64,000 nt of DNA, from contig CASEZC010000010.1 in assembly GCA_949292385.1 (NCBI GenBank), forward strand, positions 7,432-71,431. The letters run 5' to 3'. Positions 38,400-48,592 of the stretch are shown here, piece by piece. The stretch's first letter is position 1. Each line of letters begins with the position of its first letter. The stretch comes from an uncultured Pseudomonadota bacterium. GTDB taxonomy: Bacteria; Pseudomonadota; Alphaproteobacteria; Rs-D84. The notes beneath the pieces were generated by a model that had not been told where the DNA came from, ran no database searches, and saw nothing but the letters and a program-made list of their open reading frames with translations. The position numbers were made by a program, and so were the translations under genes.

Positions 38400-39458
38400 A
38401 TGTTTAGACTTAATATAATAAACAGATTTTTAATGCGCCGCTTTTTTTCCGGTTTCGGCTTGGTGATGCTTGTAGTTTGCGGAATAATACTTGCGGTAAC
38501 ATTTGTAGAAAGATTGCCATCTAACCCTACTGTTATGGCAGCACTATCGGAATCTTGGGTTAGACTCCTAGAATACGTTCCTCTATTTTTGCCGGTTGCT
38601 GTGTTTATGGGAACCCTGCTCTCGTCTTATAATTTAACGAAGTCCAGCGAAAAAATAATTATTGCCAGTGCTGGCCTATCTCCGTACCAAATGGCTAGGC
38701 CCTTTTTAATCGGTGCGGCACTGATTGGTATAATCGCAACAACTTTAATTAATCCGTACTCGGTAAAACTAAGCGAACAAAATATCACGCCTGACCACCT
38801 TGTATTAATAGACAATACCATATGGTTACGTGAATCATCTGATAATGGTTATATAACAATGAATGCAAAAAACATGCATAAATCTGGAAATATATTGTTA
38901 TTCGAAAACGCAACTGTATACATTCAAAACCAGCAATTCAAATTAATAGAACGCGTAGAAACAGACACTTTAACTCTTTCTGACGCAGGTTTAGACGCAA
39001 CAAAGGCAGAGACTTGGGATGAAAATGGGGTACGCAAAATAACAAGCTGGCACGCAGACACATTGTTAAGCCCGCAAACTGTATTGGACAGATATCTGCA
39101 ACCAGATCAAATATCTTTCTGGAACTTACCAAGCTTTATAAAAAAGATGCAAGAAATTGGTGCCCCGATTCGCGGTCATCTTGTTCAGTTCTGGACATTA
39201 CTGTTTTTACCACTTTCTATGATAGCAATGGCAACGCTTGGAGTCGCATTTTCGCAAACACGTCAACGTCGAAATTACAGCTTCGGTTTAAAATTCAGTG
39301 CTGGGATAATAACATGCTTTGCGGTATATTTTCTGACTAACCTTTTTAATGCACTTGGCTCAACGGGCACACTGCCACCATTACTTGCAATCATTGCACC
39401 ACCTTTAATAATTATTGCTGCAGCTGGCGCATTTATAGCAAGCTTTGACACAATATAA
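38400..39458 (+). CDS. LPS export ABC permease, LptF/LptG (YjgP/YjgQ) family
   Basis: 352 aa, 6 TM with a large periplasmic loop, YjgP/YjgQ topology. Confidence 0.7.
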   Translation: MFRLNIINRFLMRRFFSGFGLVMLVVCGIILAVTFVERLPSNPTVMAALSESWVRLLEYVPLFLPVAVFMGTLLSSYNLTKSSEKIIIASAGLSPYQMARPFLIGAALIGIIATTLINPYSVKLSEQNITPDHLVLIDNTIWLRESSDNGYITMNAKNMHKSGNILLFENATVYIQNQQFKLIERVETDTLTLSDAGLDATKAETWDENGVRKITSWHADTLLSPQTVLDRYLQPDQISFWNLPSFIKKMQEIGAPIRGHLVQFWTLLFLPLSMIAMATLGVAFSQTRQRRNYSFGLKFSAGIITCFAVYFLTNLFNALGSTGTLPPLLAIIAPPLIIIAAAGAFIASFDTI

Positions 39459-39471
39459 AAAAGGAAAAAAT

Positions 39472-39603
39472 ATGCCAATAAAGAAAAAAAACACAACCAG
39501 AAATAAAATAATAATATGGGCAATTGTTATTATATTGCTGGTATTAATGATAGTATCCTTCCCTGCTGCGCAGAACGTTACAGAAATAGTATTGTATCCA
39601 TGA
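39472..39603 (+). CDS. Tiny membrane protein (43 aa), translationally coupled to xerD
   Basis: MPIKKKNTTRNKIIIWAIVIILLVLMIVSFPAAQNVTEIVLYP. AAGGA Shine-Dalgarno 7 nt upstream; stop TGA overlaps the xerD ATG (ATGA). Confidence 0.4.
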   Translation: MPIKKKNTTRNKIIIWAIVIILLVLMIVSFPAAQNVTEIVLYP

Positions 39604-40466
39604 ACTATATAGATGTTTTTTTAGAAGCACTATCCGCAGAAAAGGGACGCAGCAAAAAAACACTGGAAAGCTATTCCAGCGACTTGCATCATGCTGATGA
39701 AAGTATATCTGGTGGCTTGATGAACGCTACATATGAAGATATACAAAACTATCTATCACAATTATCTGAAAAACCATCTTCTATTGCCAGAAAAGCAAGT
39801 GCTTTGCGCGGTTTTTATAAGTTTTTGATGCTGGAAAAAATAATAAAAGAAAACCCAATAGCAAATATTGAACTGCCAAAAAGAACACGTAACTTGCCTA
39901 AATTTTTATCAGTTGAAGAAATAGAATTATTAATATCTTCCGCAGGTGATATAAAAAATTCCGTACGTTTGCGCGCTATGATAGAGCTTCTGTATGCATC
40001 TGGACTACGCGTATCTGAATTATGCGAATTGCCAATGACAGCAATACTTGGCAACAAACTGTTAATTCATGGCAAAGGCGCAAAAGAACGAATCGTCCCA
40101 ATGCACGAACGTGCAATAGAAGCACTTGAAAAATGGATAAGTTTACGTGGTGATGAAAAATCTAAATACGTATTTCCATCAAACGGAAAAGATGGGCATA
40201 TAACAAGAGATGGATTTTTTAAAATTCTAAAAAAATGTGCAGTTCTTTCTGGCATAGAACCAAATCGTGTAAGTCCGCACGTATTAAGACATTCATTTGC
40301 TTCGCACCTTCTTGCAGGTGGCGCAAATTTACGTGCAATACAAACGATGCTTGGCCACGAAGATATATCAACAACGCAAATATACACACATGTACTGCCA
40401 GAAAAACTTCGTGAAACAGTACAAATGCATCATCCGTTAGGTTATAAAAAGGATTCCGAAATATGA
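39600..40466 (+). CDS. xerD: Tyrosine recombinase XerD (start taken at MNYIDVF)
   Basis: XerD N-terminal core-binding domain and catalytic R...HxxR...Y (HVLRHSFASHLL...TQIYTHV). Confidence 0.8.
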   Translation: MNYIDVFLEALSAEKGRSKKTLESYSSDLHHADESISGGLMNATYEDIQNYLSQLSEKPSSIARKASALRGFYKFLMLEKIIKENPIANIELPKRTRNLPKFLSVEEIELLISSAGDIKNSVRLRAMIELLYASGLRVSELCELPMTAILGNKLLIHGKGAKERIVPMHERAIEALEKWISLRGDEKSKYVFPSNGKDGHITRDGFFKILKKCAVLSGIEPNRVSPHVLRHSFASHLLAGGANLRAIQTMLGHEDISTTQIYTHVLPEKLRETVQMHHPLGYKKDSEI

Positions 40467-40966
40467 TAAAAAAATGTGATCACCCTGGTTGCACCAAGGC
40501 GGGGACTTGTCGTGCCCCCAAAACCCGAGAATTAAAAGACTATTGGTTTTTCTGTAAAGAGCACGCTGCCGAATACAATAAAAACTGGAATTATTACGCA
40601 GATATGACGCCAGACGAAATAGAAGCAGACTGGGAAAGACAAACCTTTGGTGCGCCCCTAAAAGATAAAGCCGCCGCAAATTCGGATGAACAAGATTATA
40701 TAAACTTTTTAAATGATTTTATAATGGGGCGCAGCACATTTGATAAGACTCCTCCAAAAAGCAAAATGCCAGGTAATGTAATATCTGCATTAAAAACATT
40801 CGATTTACCACTAAGCGCATCTTGGCGTGAAATTTCTGCAAAATATCGTGCACTGGCAAAAAAGTATCACCCAGATACAGCACAAAACAAGGATATTGCA
40901 ACCGCAGAATTTACAAAAGTTTCTACTGCATATGAAATATTAAAGAAACATTTTGGTAAAAAATAA
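40463..40966 (+). CDS. J-domain protein with N-terminal Cys-rich (zinc-ribbon-like) segment
   Basis: CDHPGC...CRAP...CKEH at the N-terminus; C-terminal J domain (YRALAKKYHPD). ATGA overlap with the xerD stop. Confidence 0.6.
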   Translation: MIKKCDHPGCTKAGTCRAPKTRELKDYWFFCKEHAAEYNKNWNYYADMTPDEIEADWERQTFGAPLKDKAAANSDEQDYINFLNDFIMGRSTFDKTPPKSKMPGNVISALKTFDLPLSASWREISAKYRALAKKYHPDTAQNKDIATAEFTKVSTAYEILKKHFGKK

Positions 40967-40969
40967 AAA

Positions 40970-40987
40970 GCTCTGAAAACAGAGCTT
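40970..40987. terminator. Bidirectional rho-independent terminator between the J-domain gene (+) and trxB (-)
   Basis: aaaaAGCTCTGaaaaCAGAGCTtttt. Confidence 0.8.
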
Positions 40988-40993
40988 TTTATT

Positions 40994-41905
40994 TTACCCC
41001 CTAGAATTTAAATACGCAATTGCATCCATTGCCGAACTGCACCCCGTACCAACGGCTGTTGCAATTTGCATTTTTAGTTCTGACTGAACATCGCCTGCGA
41101 CAAACATGCCTTCTGGCAACTCGGACGGAATTAATCTCCCCATATTATCACGGCGAATATCTTCTGATAAATAATCAGTATTTGCTTCATGACCGATAGC
41201 CACAAACAAACCATCACAAACAATTTCCGCATCATCCGTAGTTGTTACAACCAATCTATCAGAATCTGGTAACTGTGCGATTTTTTTCAAATCTGTGTTA
41301 AATAGACATTCTATATTTTCGCGTTCTGCAACACGGTTACGTAAAACAGCCTCTGCACGAGTAAAGGCACCTTTACGATAAACAATTTTAACGCTTTTTG
41401 CGATATCAGCTAAATACAATGCATCATTTAAAGCGGAATTACCGCCACCCATAACGATTACATCTTTATAAGCATAGAAGAAACCATCACAAGTCGCACA
41501 ATAAGAAACGCCCTTACCGAATAATTCACGTGCTCCTTCTATTTCTAACTTTCGTGGAGAAGCGCCCGTTGCAATAATAACAGTCTTTCCAACGTATCTT
41601 TTACCATCTGTTGCGGAAATATTAAAAGCACTTTCTGCATCACCAGATATATTTTTCGCAGATGTGAAAATTATTTCTGCTCCAAAAGTTTCAGCTTGCT
41701 TTTTCATAAATTCAGCAAGTTCTTGTCCACTGCCTTGCCATCCTGGATAATTTTCCAACACAGCAATTCCTGCGGTCTGCCCCCCTAACCTGTCACCGCC
41801 AAGAACCAAAGTCTTCTTACCTGCACGCGCACAATACAATGCGGCCGTCAGTCCTGCAGGACCAGAACCCAAAATAATAACATCATGCATAATGATATCG
41901 TTCAT
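40994..41905 (-). CDS. trxB: Thioredoxin-disulfide reductase
   Basis: FAD site GSGPAG, redox-active CATC, NADPH site GGGNSA. Confidence 0.9.
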   Translation of the reverse strand: MNDIIMHDVIILGSGPAGLTAALYCARAGKKTLVLGGDRLGGQTAGIAVLENYPGWQGSGQELAEFMKKQAETFGAEIIFTSAKNISGDAESAFNISATDGKRYVGKTVIIATGASPRKLEIEGARELFGKGVSYCATCDGFFYAYKDVIVMGGGNSALNDALYLADIAKSVKIVYRKGAFTRAEAVLRNRVAERENIECLFNTDLKKIAQLPDSDRLVVTTTDDAEIVCDGLFVAIGHEANTDYLSEDIRRDNMGRLIPSELPEGMFVAGDVQSELKMQIATAVGTGCSSAMDAIAYLNSRG

Positions 41906-42181
41906 AAGAATCTCCTCGTTATCTTTTCTGGCTCAGCATATCACAACAAGTATATGTTCGCAAATCATTTTGTATTCAGCATATCTACCCTAAAAAATTT
42001 GATTTTTTTAATCATCTTATATATAATTATCAACATGATGTTGTTGAATATAAACTTTTTCAAAAAATCTTCATCCCCTGTGTGGGGGCTAATTTAATTA
42101 TAAAAAGTATATAAAAGTTGCGAAAACATTCGCTTACTATTAAAATCAACAAAAACAATCAATTATAAAAGGACATAAATC

Positions 42182-43462
42182 ATGTTGGACATCAGATTTA
42201 TTCGTGAAAATCCTGACGTAGTAAAAAACGCCTGCAAAGTAAAAGGTTTTGAAGACCACGTAGACGAAATACTTAACTTAGATTCCAGGGTACGCGAATT
42301 AAAAACAATCACGCAGAATATGACAGCGGAAAAGAACAAAGTAACGCGCGAAATACCAACTGCTGCGGATAAAGCACCTTTGATAGCTCGTTCAAAACAA
42401 ATCAGCGAAGAAATTGCCGCAGATATGGCAGAACTTGCAGAAAAAGAATCTTTATTAAATGATTTGTTACACCGCGTTCCACAGATTCCAAGTCCTGACG
42501 CGCCAATCGGTCCAGACGACAGTGCGAACGTAGAAGTTCGCCGCGTTGGAACACCACGCACGTTTGATTTTACGCCACGCGCACAGTGGGATTTATTAGA
42601 TATGAACAATTGGTGGGCACCAGAAAAGATTGCTAAAATTTGTGGGACTCGTACATATTGCTTAATGGGCGAAGCTGCCGAATTGCAACTTGCAATTGAA
42701 ACATATGTAATACAGAAACTAATTTCAAAAGGATTTACTTTTGTAGAATGCCCTTCTATTACAAAACCACAAACTATTTTTGACGCAGGTCATTTTATGG
42801 GTGCTGACTTATCTATAATGAACAATGATGTTTTCATGCTTACGGATACAGACAGATGCTTGGCAGGTACTGCAGAAATCGTTTTAAATTCGCTACACAG
42901 CGGTGAAATATTATCAGAAAACGCTTTGCCTATAAAATACGCAGGTTTTTCTCCATGCTTCCGCAAAGAAGCTGGTGCTGCAGGCCGTGACACCAGAGGT
43001 TTAGCAAGATTCCATCAATTTAATAAAGTAGAACAATACATATATTGCAAACCAGAACAGTCTGACGAAATGCATGAACACATATTGAATAACTTGTGCG
43101 AAATAATGGAAGACCTAGAATTACCATACCGTGTAATAGCAAATTCTACTGGTGACATGGGATTTAACAAAGTTAAAATGAACGATGTAGAAGCATGGGT
43201 TCCAAGTGAAAACTCGTATAAAGAACTTGGCAGCTGTTCATCAATTGGTACATTCCAAGCCCGCAGAACAAACACCAGATACCGTGAAAATGCAACCGGT
43301 GATGTAAAATATGTTGCGACATTAAACAACACAGGTATCGCAGTTCCACGTGCTCTGGTTCCAGTTCTTGAAAATCACCAGAATGCAGACGGTTCTGTAA
43401 ACATACCTAAAAAGTTACAACCATTAATGGGTGGCAGAACAAAAATTGGTGGAAAACATTAA
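42182..43462 (+). CDS. serS: Serine--tRNA ligase
   Basis: N-terminal coiled coil (MLDIRFIREN...), class II catalytic core; 426 aa. Confidence 0.9.
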   Translation: MLDIRFIRENPDVVKNACKVKGFEDHVDEILNLDSRVRELKTITQNMTAEKNKVTREIPTAADKAPLIARSKQISEEIAADMAELAEKESLLNDLLHRVPQIPSPDAPIGPDDSANVEVRRVGTPRTFDFTPRAQWDLLDMNNWWAPEKIAKICGTRTYCLMGEAAELQLAIETYVIQKLISKGFTFVECPSITKPQTIFDAGHFMGADLSIMNNDVFMLTDTDRCLAGTAEIVLNSLHSGEILSENALPIKYAGFSPCFRKEAGAAGRDTRGLARFHQFNKVEQYIYCKPEQSDEMHEHILNNLCEIMEDLELPYRVIANSTGDMGFNKVKMNDVEAWVPSENSYKELGSCSSIGTFQARRTNTRYRENATGDVKYVATLNNTGIAVPRALVPVLENHQNADGSVNIPKKLQPLMGGRTKIGGKH

Positions 43463-43468
43463 AAAAAA

Positions 43469-43488
43469 AACGGGGATTACCCCGTTTT
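43469..43488. terminator. Bidirectional rho-independent terminator after serS
   Basis: aaaaaaaaaACGGGGattaCCCCGTttttttt. Confidence 0.85.
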
Positions 43489-43489
43489 T

Positions 43490-43966
43490 TTAATATTGTT
43501 TGTTTCTAATAGATTCCAAAGAAACCTTTGTTGCAAAAGCTTTTTCTGATTTAAATGAAAATACAATATCTTTAAAGAACGAAGTCGATTTTGCATAATT
43601 CCATTTCTTTATTGCCAACAACAAATGTTCTTCCTTATCAAAAATAGTATTACCATTGTAATATTCATCTATGGCGTGCAAAACCTGAGAGAATGCCAAC
43701 CATACAGAATTATCGACTACAATCCCCTTTGCATTTTTTTTGCAAAAGACTTCCGCATCAGGCTCTAAATTTTGATTTATGCGAGTCCCATAATCAGACA
43801 ATCTTTTAGGGTCTTGCGCAATTTTATTGATAACATCAATATTTTTAATGATAGCTTCGTATTCTTTTTTATCTTTTGCTTTTTCTGTTCTTTTTTTCAA
43901 AAACTCGTTAACAGATGTAAAAAAATCTTTTATTGTTAAATCATAGTCAATAATAGTTTTTTTCAT
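43490..43966 (-). CDS. Hypothetical protein (158 aa), Lys-rich, no signal peptide or TM
   Basis: Clean ORF between two strong terminators and promoter regions; no family recognised by eye. Confidence 0.4.
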   Translation of the reverse strand: MKKTIIDYDLTIKDFFTSVNEFLKKRTEKAKDKKEYEAIIKNIDVINKIAQDPKRLSDYGTRINQNLEPDAEVFCKKNAKGIVVDNSVWLAFSQVLHAIDEYYNGNTIFDKEEHLLLAIKKWNYAKSTSFFKDIVFSFKSEKAFATKVSLESIRNKQY

Positions 43967-44123
43967 TTTTTCCCTCTTTTTATTATCTCACGAATAATTA
44001 TAGTACAAAAACACAATATGTCAATAAAAATATTAAAATATTTAAAATGTATATTTCTTGAAAATCGGAATTTATGTTATAATCTATAAAATACGAAAAA
44101 TTAGTAACTTATAGGGTAAAAAT

Positions 44124-45956
44124 ATGAAAATTCGCAATATAGCAATAATTGCACACGTTGACCATGGAAAGACAACATTGGTTGACAACATGTTAAAACA
44201 AGCAGGAACATTTCGTGAAAATGAAAAAGTTGCAGAACGCGTTATGGACAGCGGTGATATTGAACGCGAACGCGGTATTACGATATCCGCAAAGCCTACA
44301 TCTATTTTATGGAACGGTTATAAGATAAACATTGTGGACACACCGGGGCACGCAGACTTTGGTGGTGAAGTAGAACGTATTTTATCAATGGTAGACGGTG
44401 TTGTTTTATTAGTTGATTCTGCCGAAGGTCCATTACCACAAACAAAGTTCGTTTTATCAAAGGCATTAAAACTTGGCTTGCGTCCTATTGTTTGCATAAA
44501 CAAAGTAGACCGTGCTGACGCAAGACCAGAAGAAGTATTAACAGAAACATTTGATTTATTTGATAAATTGGGCGCAACTGATTCTCAGCTGGATTTCCCA
44601 TATTTATATTCTGTTGGTCGTGACGGTTGGGCTGTACGCGATTTAAATGACGAACACAAAGATTTAACACCTTTGTTTCAATTAATCGTAGACCATGTTC
44701 CTGCCCCAGATTGCAATGGAACGCGTTGTCAATTAGATGCCCCATTTAAAATGTTGGCAACAACATTGGAAGCAGACCCTTACGTTGGCAGAATTTTAAC
44801 TGGCAAGATTGAATCTGGAACTGTAAAAGTTGGTCAATCCGTAAAAGCTATCAACATGAAAGGCGAATTCATAGAAAACGCAAAAATAACAAAGATTATT
44901 GAACACCGTGGTGTTGAGAAAGTATCTTTAGATTCCGCATCTGCTGGTGACATTGTTGTTATTGCAGGTTTTTCAAAAGCAACTGTGGCTGATACGCTTT
45001 GCGCACCAGAAGTAACAGAACCGATACCGGCAATGCCAATTGATCCACCTACCCTAACGATGACATTCTTTGTAAACACATCACCACTTGCAGGAAAATC
45101 TGGAAAGAAGTTAACATCTCGCATGATAGGTGAAAGATTGTTTAAAGAAGCAGAAACAAACATTGCTTTAAAAGTCACACAAAGTGAAAATAACGAAGCA
45201 TTTGAAGTATCTGGTCGTGGCGAATTACAGCTGGGTATTTTAATTGAAACAATGCGTCGTGAAGGTTTTGAATTATCTGTATCACGTCCACGCGTTGTTA
45301 TGCACGACGGTCCAAACGGTGAAAAGTTGGAACCAATTGAAGAAGTTGTTATTGACGTAGATGATGAATTCAGTGGTGTTGTTATTGAAAAAATGACTAA
45401 ACGTAAAGCAACAATAACCGAAATGAAATCATCAGGTGCAGGCAAAACAAGAATTGTATTTTCTGCGCCATCACGTGGTCTTATCGGTTATTTATCAGAA
45501 TTCAGAACAGATACCAGAGGAACAGGTATAATGAACCGCGTCTTTTCAGGTTACGAACCATACCGCGGTCCAATACAGCAGTACAGACCGGGTGTACTTG
45601 TATCTATGGAAAACGGTTCTGCTGCAACATATGCATTGTTCAACCTGCAACCACGTGGAACTCTATTCATAGGGCCACAAACAGAAGTATATTCTGGGAT
45701 GATTATCGGTGAACACAGCAAAGAAAATGATTTGGAAGTAAATCCAATAAAAGGTAAAGAACTTACCAACATACGTTCTGTTACGGCTGATGAAAAATTG
45801 TTCTTGGCACCACCTCGTAAAATGTCTTTGGAAGAAGCACTTTCTTACATACAAGACGACGAATTGGTTGAGGTAACACCTGCAACAATACGCTTACGTA
45901 AAAAAGAATTGGACAGCAACGTACGTAAAAAGACCAGAAAGAATACCGAAATTTAA
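44124..45956 (+). CDS. typA: Translational GTPase TypA/BipA
   Basis: G-domain (AHVDHGKTTL, DTPGH, NKVD) and BipA C-terminal domain; 610 aa. Confidence 0.9.
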   Translation: MKIRNIAIIAHVDHGKTTLVDNMLKQAGTFRENEKVAERVMDSGDIERERGITISAKPTSILWNGYKINIVDTPGHADFGGEVERILSMVDGVVLLVDSAEGPLPQTKFVLSKALKLGLRPIVCINKVDRADARPEEVLTETFDLFDKLGATDSQLDFPYLYSVGRDGWAVRDLNDEHKDLTPLFQLIVDHVPAPDCNGTRCQLDAPFKMLATTLEADPYVGRILTGKIESGTVKVGQSVKAINMKGEFIENAKITKIIEHRGVEKVSLDSASAGDIVVIAGFSKATVADTLCAPEVTEPIPAMPIDPPTLTMTFFVNTSPLAGKSGKKLTSRMIGERLFKEAETNIALKVTQSENNEAFEVSGRGELQLGILIETMRREGFELSVSRPRVVMHDGPNGEKLEPIEEVVIDVDDEFSGVVIEKMTKRKATITEMKSSGAGKTRIVFSAPSRGLIGYLSEFRTDTRGTGIMNRVFSGYEPYRGPIQQYRPGVLVSMENGSAATYALFNLQPRGTLFIGPQTEVYSGMIIGEHSKENDLEVNPIKGKELTNIRSVTADEKLFLAPPRKMSLEEALSYIQDDELVEVTPATIRLRKKELDSNVRKKTRKNTEI

Positions 45957-45973
45957 ACCTATAAGGAAATGCC

Positions 45974-46912
45974 ATGAAACAAATCGACATTTCAAAAAAA
46001 GATTATTTTTGGCCTAAACTGCTAACTTGTTGGATTCCGTCAAGAATATATCGTCGTGCAATTCGTGGCATTTTAACAATCGGTGTAACCAATTATTTTA
46101 GAATTTTACGCGAAGACAAACGTAAAAAATTTGACTACGAGTTTGCAATTGGCGCAATTATGAAAAATGAAGGGCCATACTTAAAAGAATGGCTGGACTT
46201 TCATATACTTGTAGGCGTACAAAAATTCTATCTTTATGACAACGATTCCACAGACAATACAGAAGAAATACTTAAACCCTATATTAAATCTGGAATAGTT
46301 GAATATAAAAAAATTCACGGACGCGGCAAACAACGTGAAGTATATCTTGAAATAGTAAATAATCATCGCGATAAAATGCGTTGGCTTTGCTTACTTGATT
46401 TAGACGAATTTTTAGTTCCTGTTAAACACAAAACTGTACAAGAATTTTTACACACTCTTCCAACATTCAGTCAGTTAATTATTGGTTGGGTAATTTATGG
46501 TTCATCAGGTCATGAAGAAAAACCAGATGGGTTAGTAATAGAAAACTACAAAAAACATGCAAAAGTAAACTGGGGAATAAAATCAATTATAAACCCAAGA
46601 ATGATGGTATATTTAAGCAGTCCACACAGTAACTATGTTGCAGGATTTACCATTGATGAAACTGGCAGAAAGCGTGGTTTTGTTAACCAAGAAAAAGAAC
46701 CGACTACTCATGATTTTATAAGATGTAATCATTATATAACAAAATCACATGCTGAATATATCGCAAGATGTAATCTTGGCGATGCAGGCAGTGGTGAAAA
46801 AGTAAAAACATTTGGCAAAGACCCAGAAACGAATTTCAAAAAATTCGACAAAAGCGAAGTTTATGATTCAATAATGGATAAATATATTGAAGAATTAAAA
46901 AATGACAAATAA
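45974..46912 (+). CDS. Glycosyltransferase, GT92/DUF23-like (GT-A fold)
   Basis: AIMKNEGPYLKEWLDFHILVGVQKFYLYDNDSTD signature of Glyco_transf_92-like enzymes. Confidence 0.55.
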   Translation: MKQIDISKKDYFWPKLLTCWIPSRIYRRAIRGILTIGVTNYFRILREDKRKKFDYEFAIGAIMKNEGPYLKEWLDFHILVGVQKFYLYDNDSTDNTEEILKPYIKSGIVEYKKIHGRGKQREVYLEIVNNHRDKMRWLCLLDLDEFLVPVKHKTVQEFLHTLPTFSQLIIGWVIYGSSGHEEKPDGLVIENYKKHAKVNWGIKSIINPRMMVYLSSPHSNYVAGFTIDETGRKRGFVNQEKEPTTHDFIRCNHYITKSHAEYIARCNLGDAGSGEKVKTFGKDPETNFKKFDKSEVYDSIMDKYIEELKNDK

Positions 46913-47750
46913 AAGACTATTCTTAATTGCTGGCTATGATGCAAAAAAACAAATAGATGAATCTTTAATACATCTAGTTCGTTCTATGTCAAGACTTGGT
47001 GATACGGTTGTTTATATGGATAGTGACTGCAATGAACAACAAATATCAAAGCTTAGTAAATACACATTATATTGCGCTGCTTCACGTCATGAAGAATATG
47101 ATTTTGGTTCTTATAAGCTTGCATATATTTGGGCAAAAAATAATTTAAATTTATCTGACTATGATTTTTTATATTTACTAAATGATTCTGTATATGGACC
47201 TCTGCAAGACATAGAGCCGTTTTTAATAAAAATGGAATCACTATCTTCTGACGCATTTGGTCTGGTTTGCAATCCACATAAAAATCATCCTCATATTCAA
47301 TCTTGGTTTATCGGATGCAAACAATCTGTATTTCTAACAAACTGGTTTGACGATTTTATGACAAGCATAACCAAGGTTGCAGATAAAGGTTGTGTTACTA
47401 AATTATACGAGCAAGGTTTTTCCAATATGATAATAAATCATGGATTAAGCTGGGAGTGCCTGTATACCGTATCTGGCAGAAAGATATATAACGACGTAAA
47501 AAAGTTATACAAACGCAACCTGCCCTTTATAAAAAAAGCCGCCTTTATAAGACATAATGGAAGACTTGGCAAACAGATTTTATATGTATTAGATAATGTA
47601 AACAAAGAAATAAAAGACAGCATACTAATAAACGCCAAAAGAACTTGGGGCAAAGAATATATAAACTGGCTTTTAACAAAAAATCCGATTAAAATACTGT
47701 ACAGAAACATTACATACGTAATAAAAAAACTCTTTAAAGAGGGAATATGA
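46902..47750 (+). CDS. Putative glycosyltransferase (rhamnan-synthesis RgpF-like)
   Basis: 282 aa; overlaps the upstream GT by 11 nt; distant resemblance to the RgpF family (by eye, uncertain). Confidence 0.35.
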   Translation: MTNKRLFLIAGYDAKKQIDESLIHLVRSMSRLGDTVVYMDSDCNEQQISKLSKYTLYCAASRHEEYDFGSYKLAYIWAKNNLNLSDYDFLYLLNDSVYGPLQDIEPFLIKMESLSSDAFGLVCNPHKNHPHIQSWFIGCKQSVFLTNWFDDFMTSITKVADKGCVTKLYEQGFSNMIINHGLSWECLYTVSGRKIYNDVKKLYKRNLPFIKKAAFIRHNGRLGKQILYVLDNVNKEIKDSILINAKRTWGKEYINWLLTKNPIKILYRNITYVIKKLFKEGI

Positions 47751-48592
47751 CAAAAAAAACTTCACATACAAAAAAAATTGCTGCCATAACTATGGCCCGC
47801 AATGATGAGTTCTTTCTAAACCGTTGGATAAAATATTACGGTTCACAAATTGGCGAAGAAAATTTATATATATATTTAGATGGCCTTGATCAAAAGACTC
47901 CAGCAGGCGCAGTAAAATCAAACATAACAAAATTACCTCATAAAGAAGAACAAGTACAAAAAGGCGACAAAACCAGAATACTGTTATTATCTGATTTGGC
48001 CAAAAAATTATTTTCAAACGGTTATGATATTGTAATCGGTTGCGATTGTGACGAATTTTTAATTATTGACCCTGCCCTTAAAATATCTTTACCAGAATAT
48101 TTATCAAACATAAAAAATAGAACATCGGTTTCTGGTTTAGGTTTAGATATAGGCCAAGATTTAAATTCCGAAGCAACACTAAACCAAGCAAAACCATTTT
48201 TAACGCAAAGAAAATTTGCACTACTTTCTACCAGATATACAAAACCCATTGTGCTATTTAAACCGGCAATTTGGGGCAGCGGTTTTCACAGTGTAAAAGG
48301 TCATAATTTTCATATAGATAAAAATCTGTACTTATTACACTTTGGCAGCGTTGACTTTGACATGATAAAAAACAAAGTTGGCGACAGAAATCCTTCTTGG
48401 AAAAAGCACTTAAAAAAACGTGCCAGAACAATAGAATTGATAACAAAATCGAAAAAACGTAATCACTCAAAAACAGTTGCACGTTTTATGCAGACCTTGC
48501 TGCGCCCTATATACGACTTAAACAAACCAGCAATGCTTGGATTAAAATGGATTACAGAAATACCGGAACGTTTTAAAGAAACAGGTATATAA
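47747..48592 (+). CDS. Glycosyltransferase, GT92/GT2-like (GT-A fold)
   Basis: AAITMARNDEFFLNRWIKYYGSQIG...LYIYLDG and CDCDEF(L) DxD-like motif; ATGA overlap with the upstream gene. Confidence 0.5.
   Translation: MTKKTSHTKKIAAITMARNDEFFLNRWIKYYGSQIGEENLYIYLDGLDQKTPAGAVKSNITKLPHKEEQVQKGDKTRILLLSDLAKKLFSNGYDIVIGCDCDEFLIIDPALKISLPEYLSNIKNRTSVSGLGLDIGQDLNSEATLNQAKPFLTQRKFALLSTRYTKPIVLFKPAIWGSGFHSVKGHNFHIDKNLYLLHFGSVDFDMIKNKVGDRNPSWKKHLKKRARTIELITKSKKRNHSKTVARFMQTLLRPIYDLNKPAMLGLKWITEIPERFKETGI

Noticed and set aside
39600-40466. Tyrosine recombinase as a marker of an integrated mobile element
   Set aside because: The N-terminal and catalytic motifs fit chromosomal XerD, and it sits in a housekeeping context (lptF/G upstream) with no att-like repeats noticed.
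42163-42609. 148-aa minus-strand ORF overlapping the serS 5' region
   Set aside because: Antisense to serS; no support.
44318-45990. Several minus-strand ORFs (61-203 aa) within typA
   Set aside because: Antisense to a highly conserved GTPase gene; Ser/Thr/Pro-rich nonsense composition.
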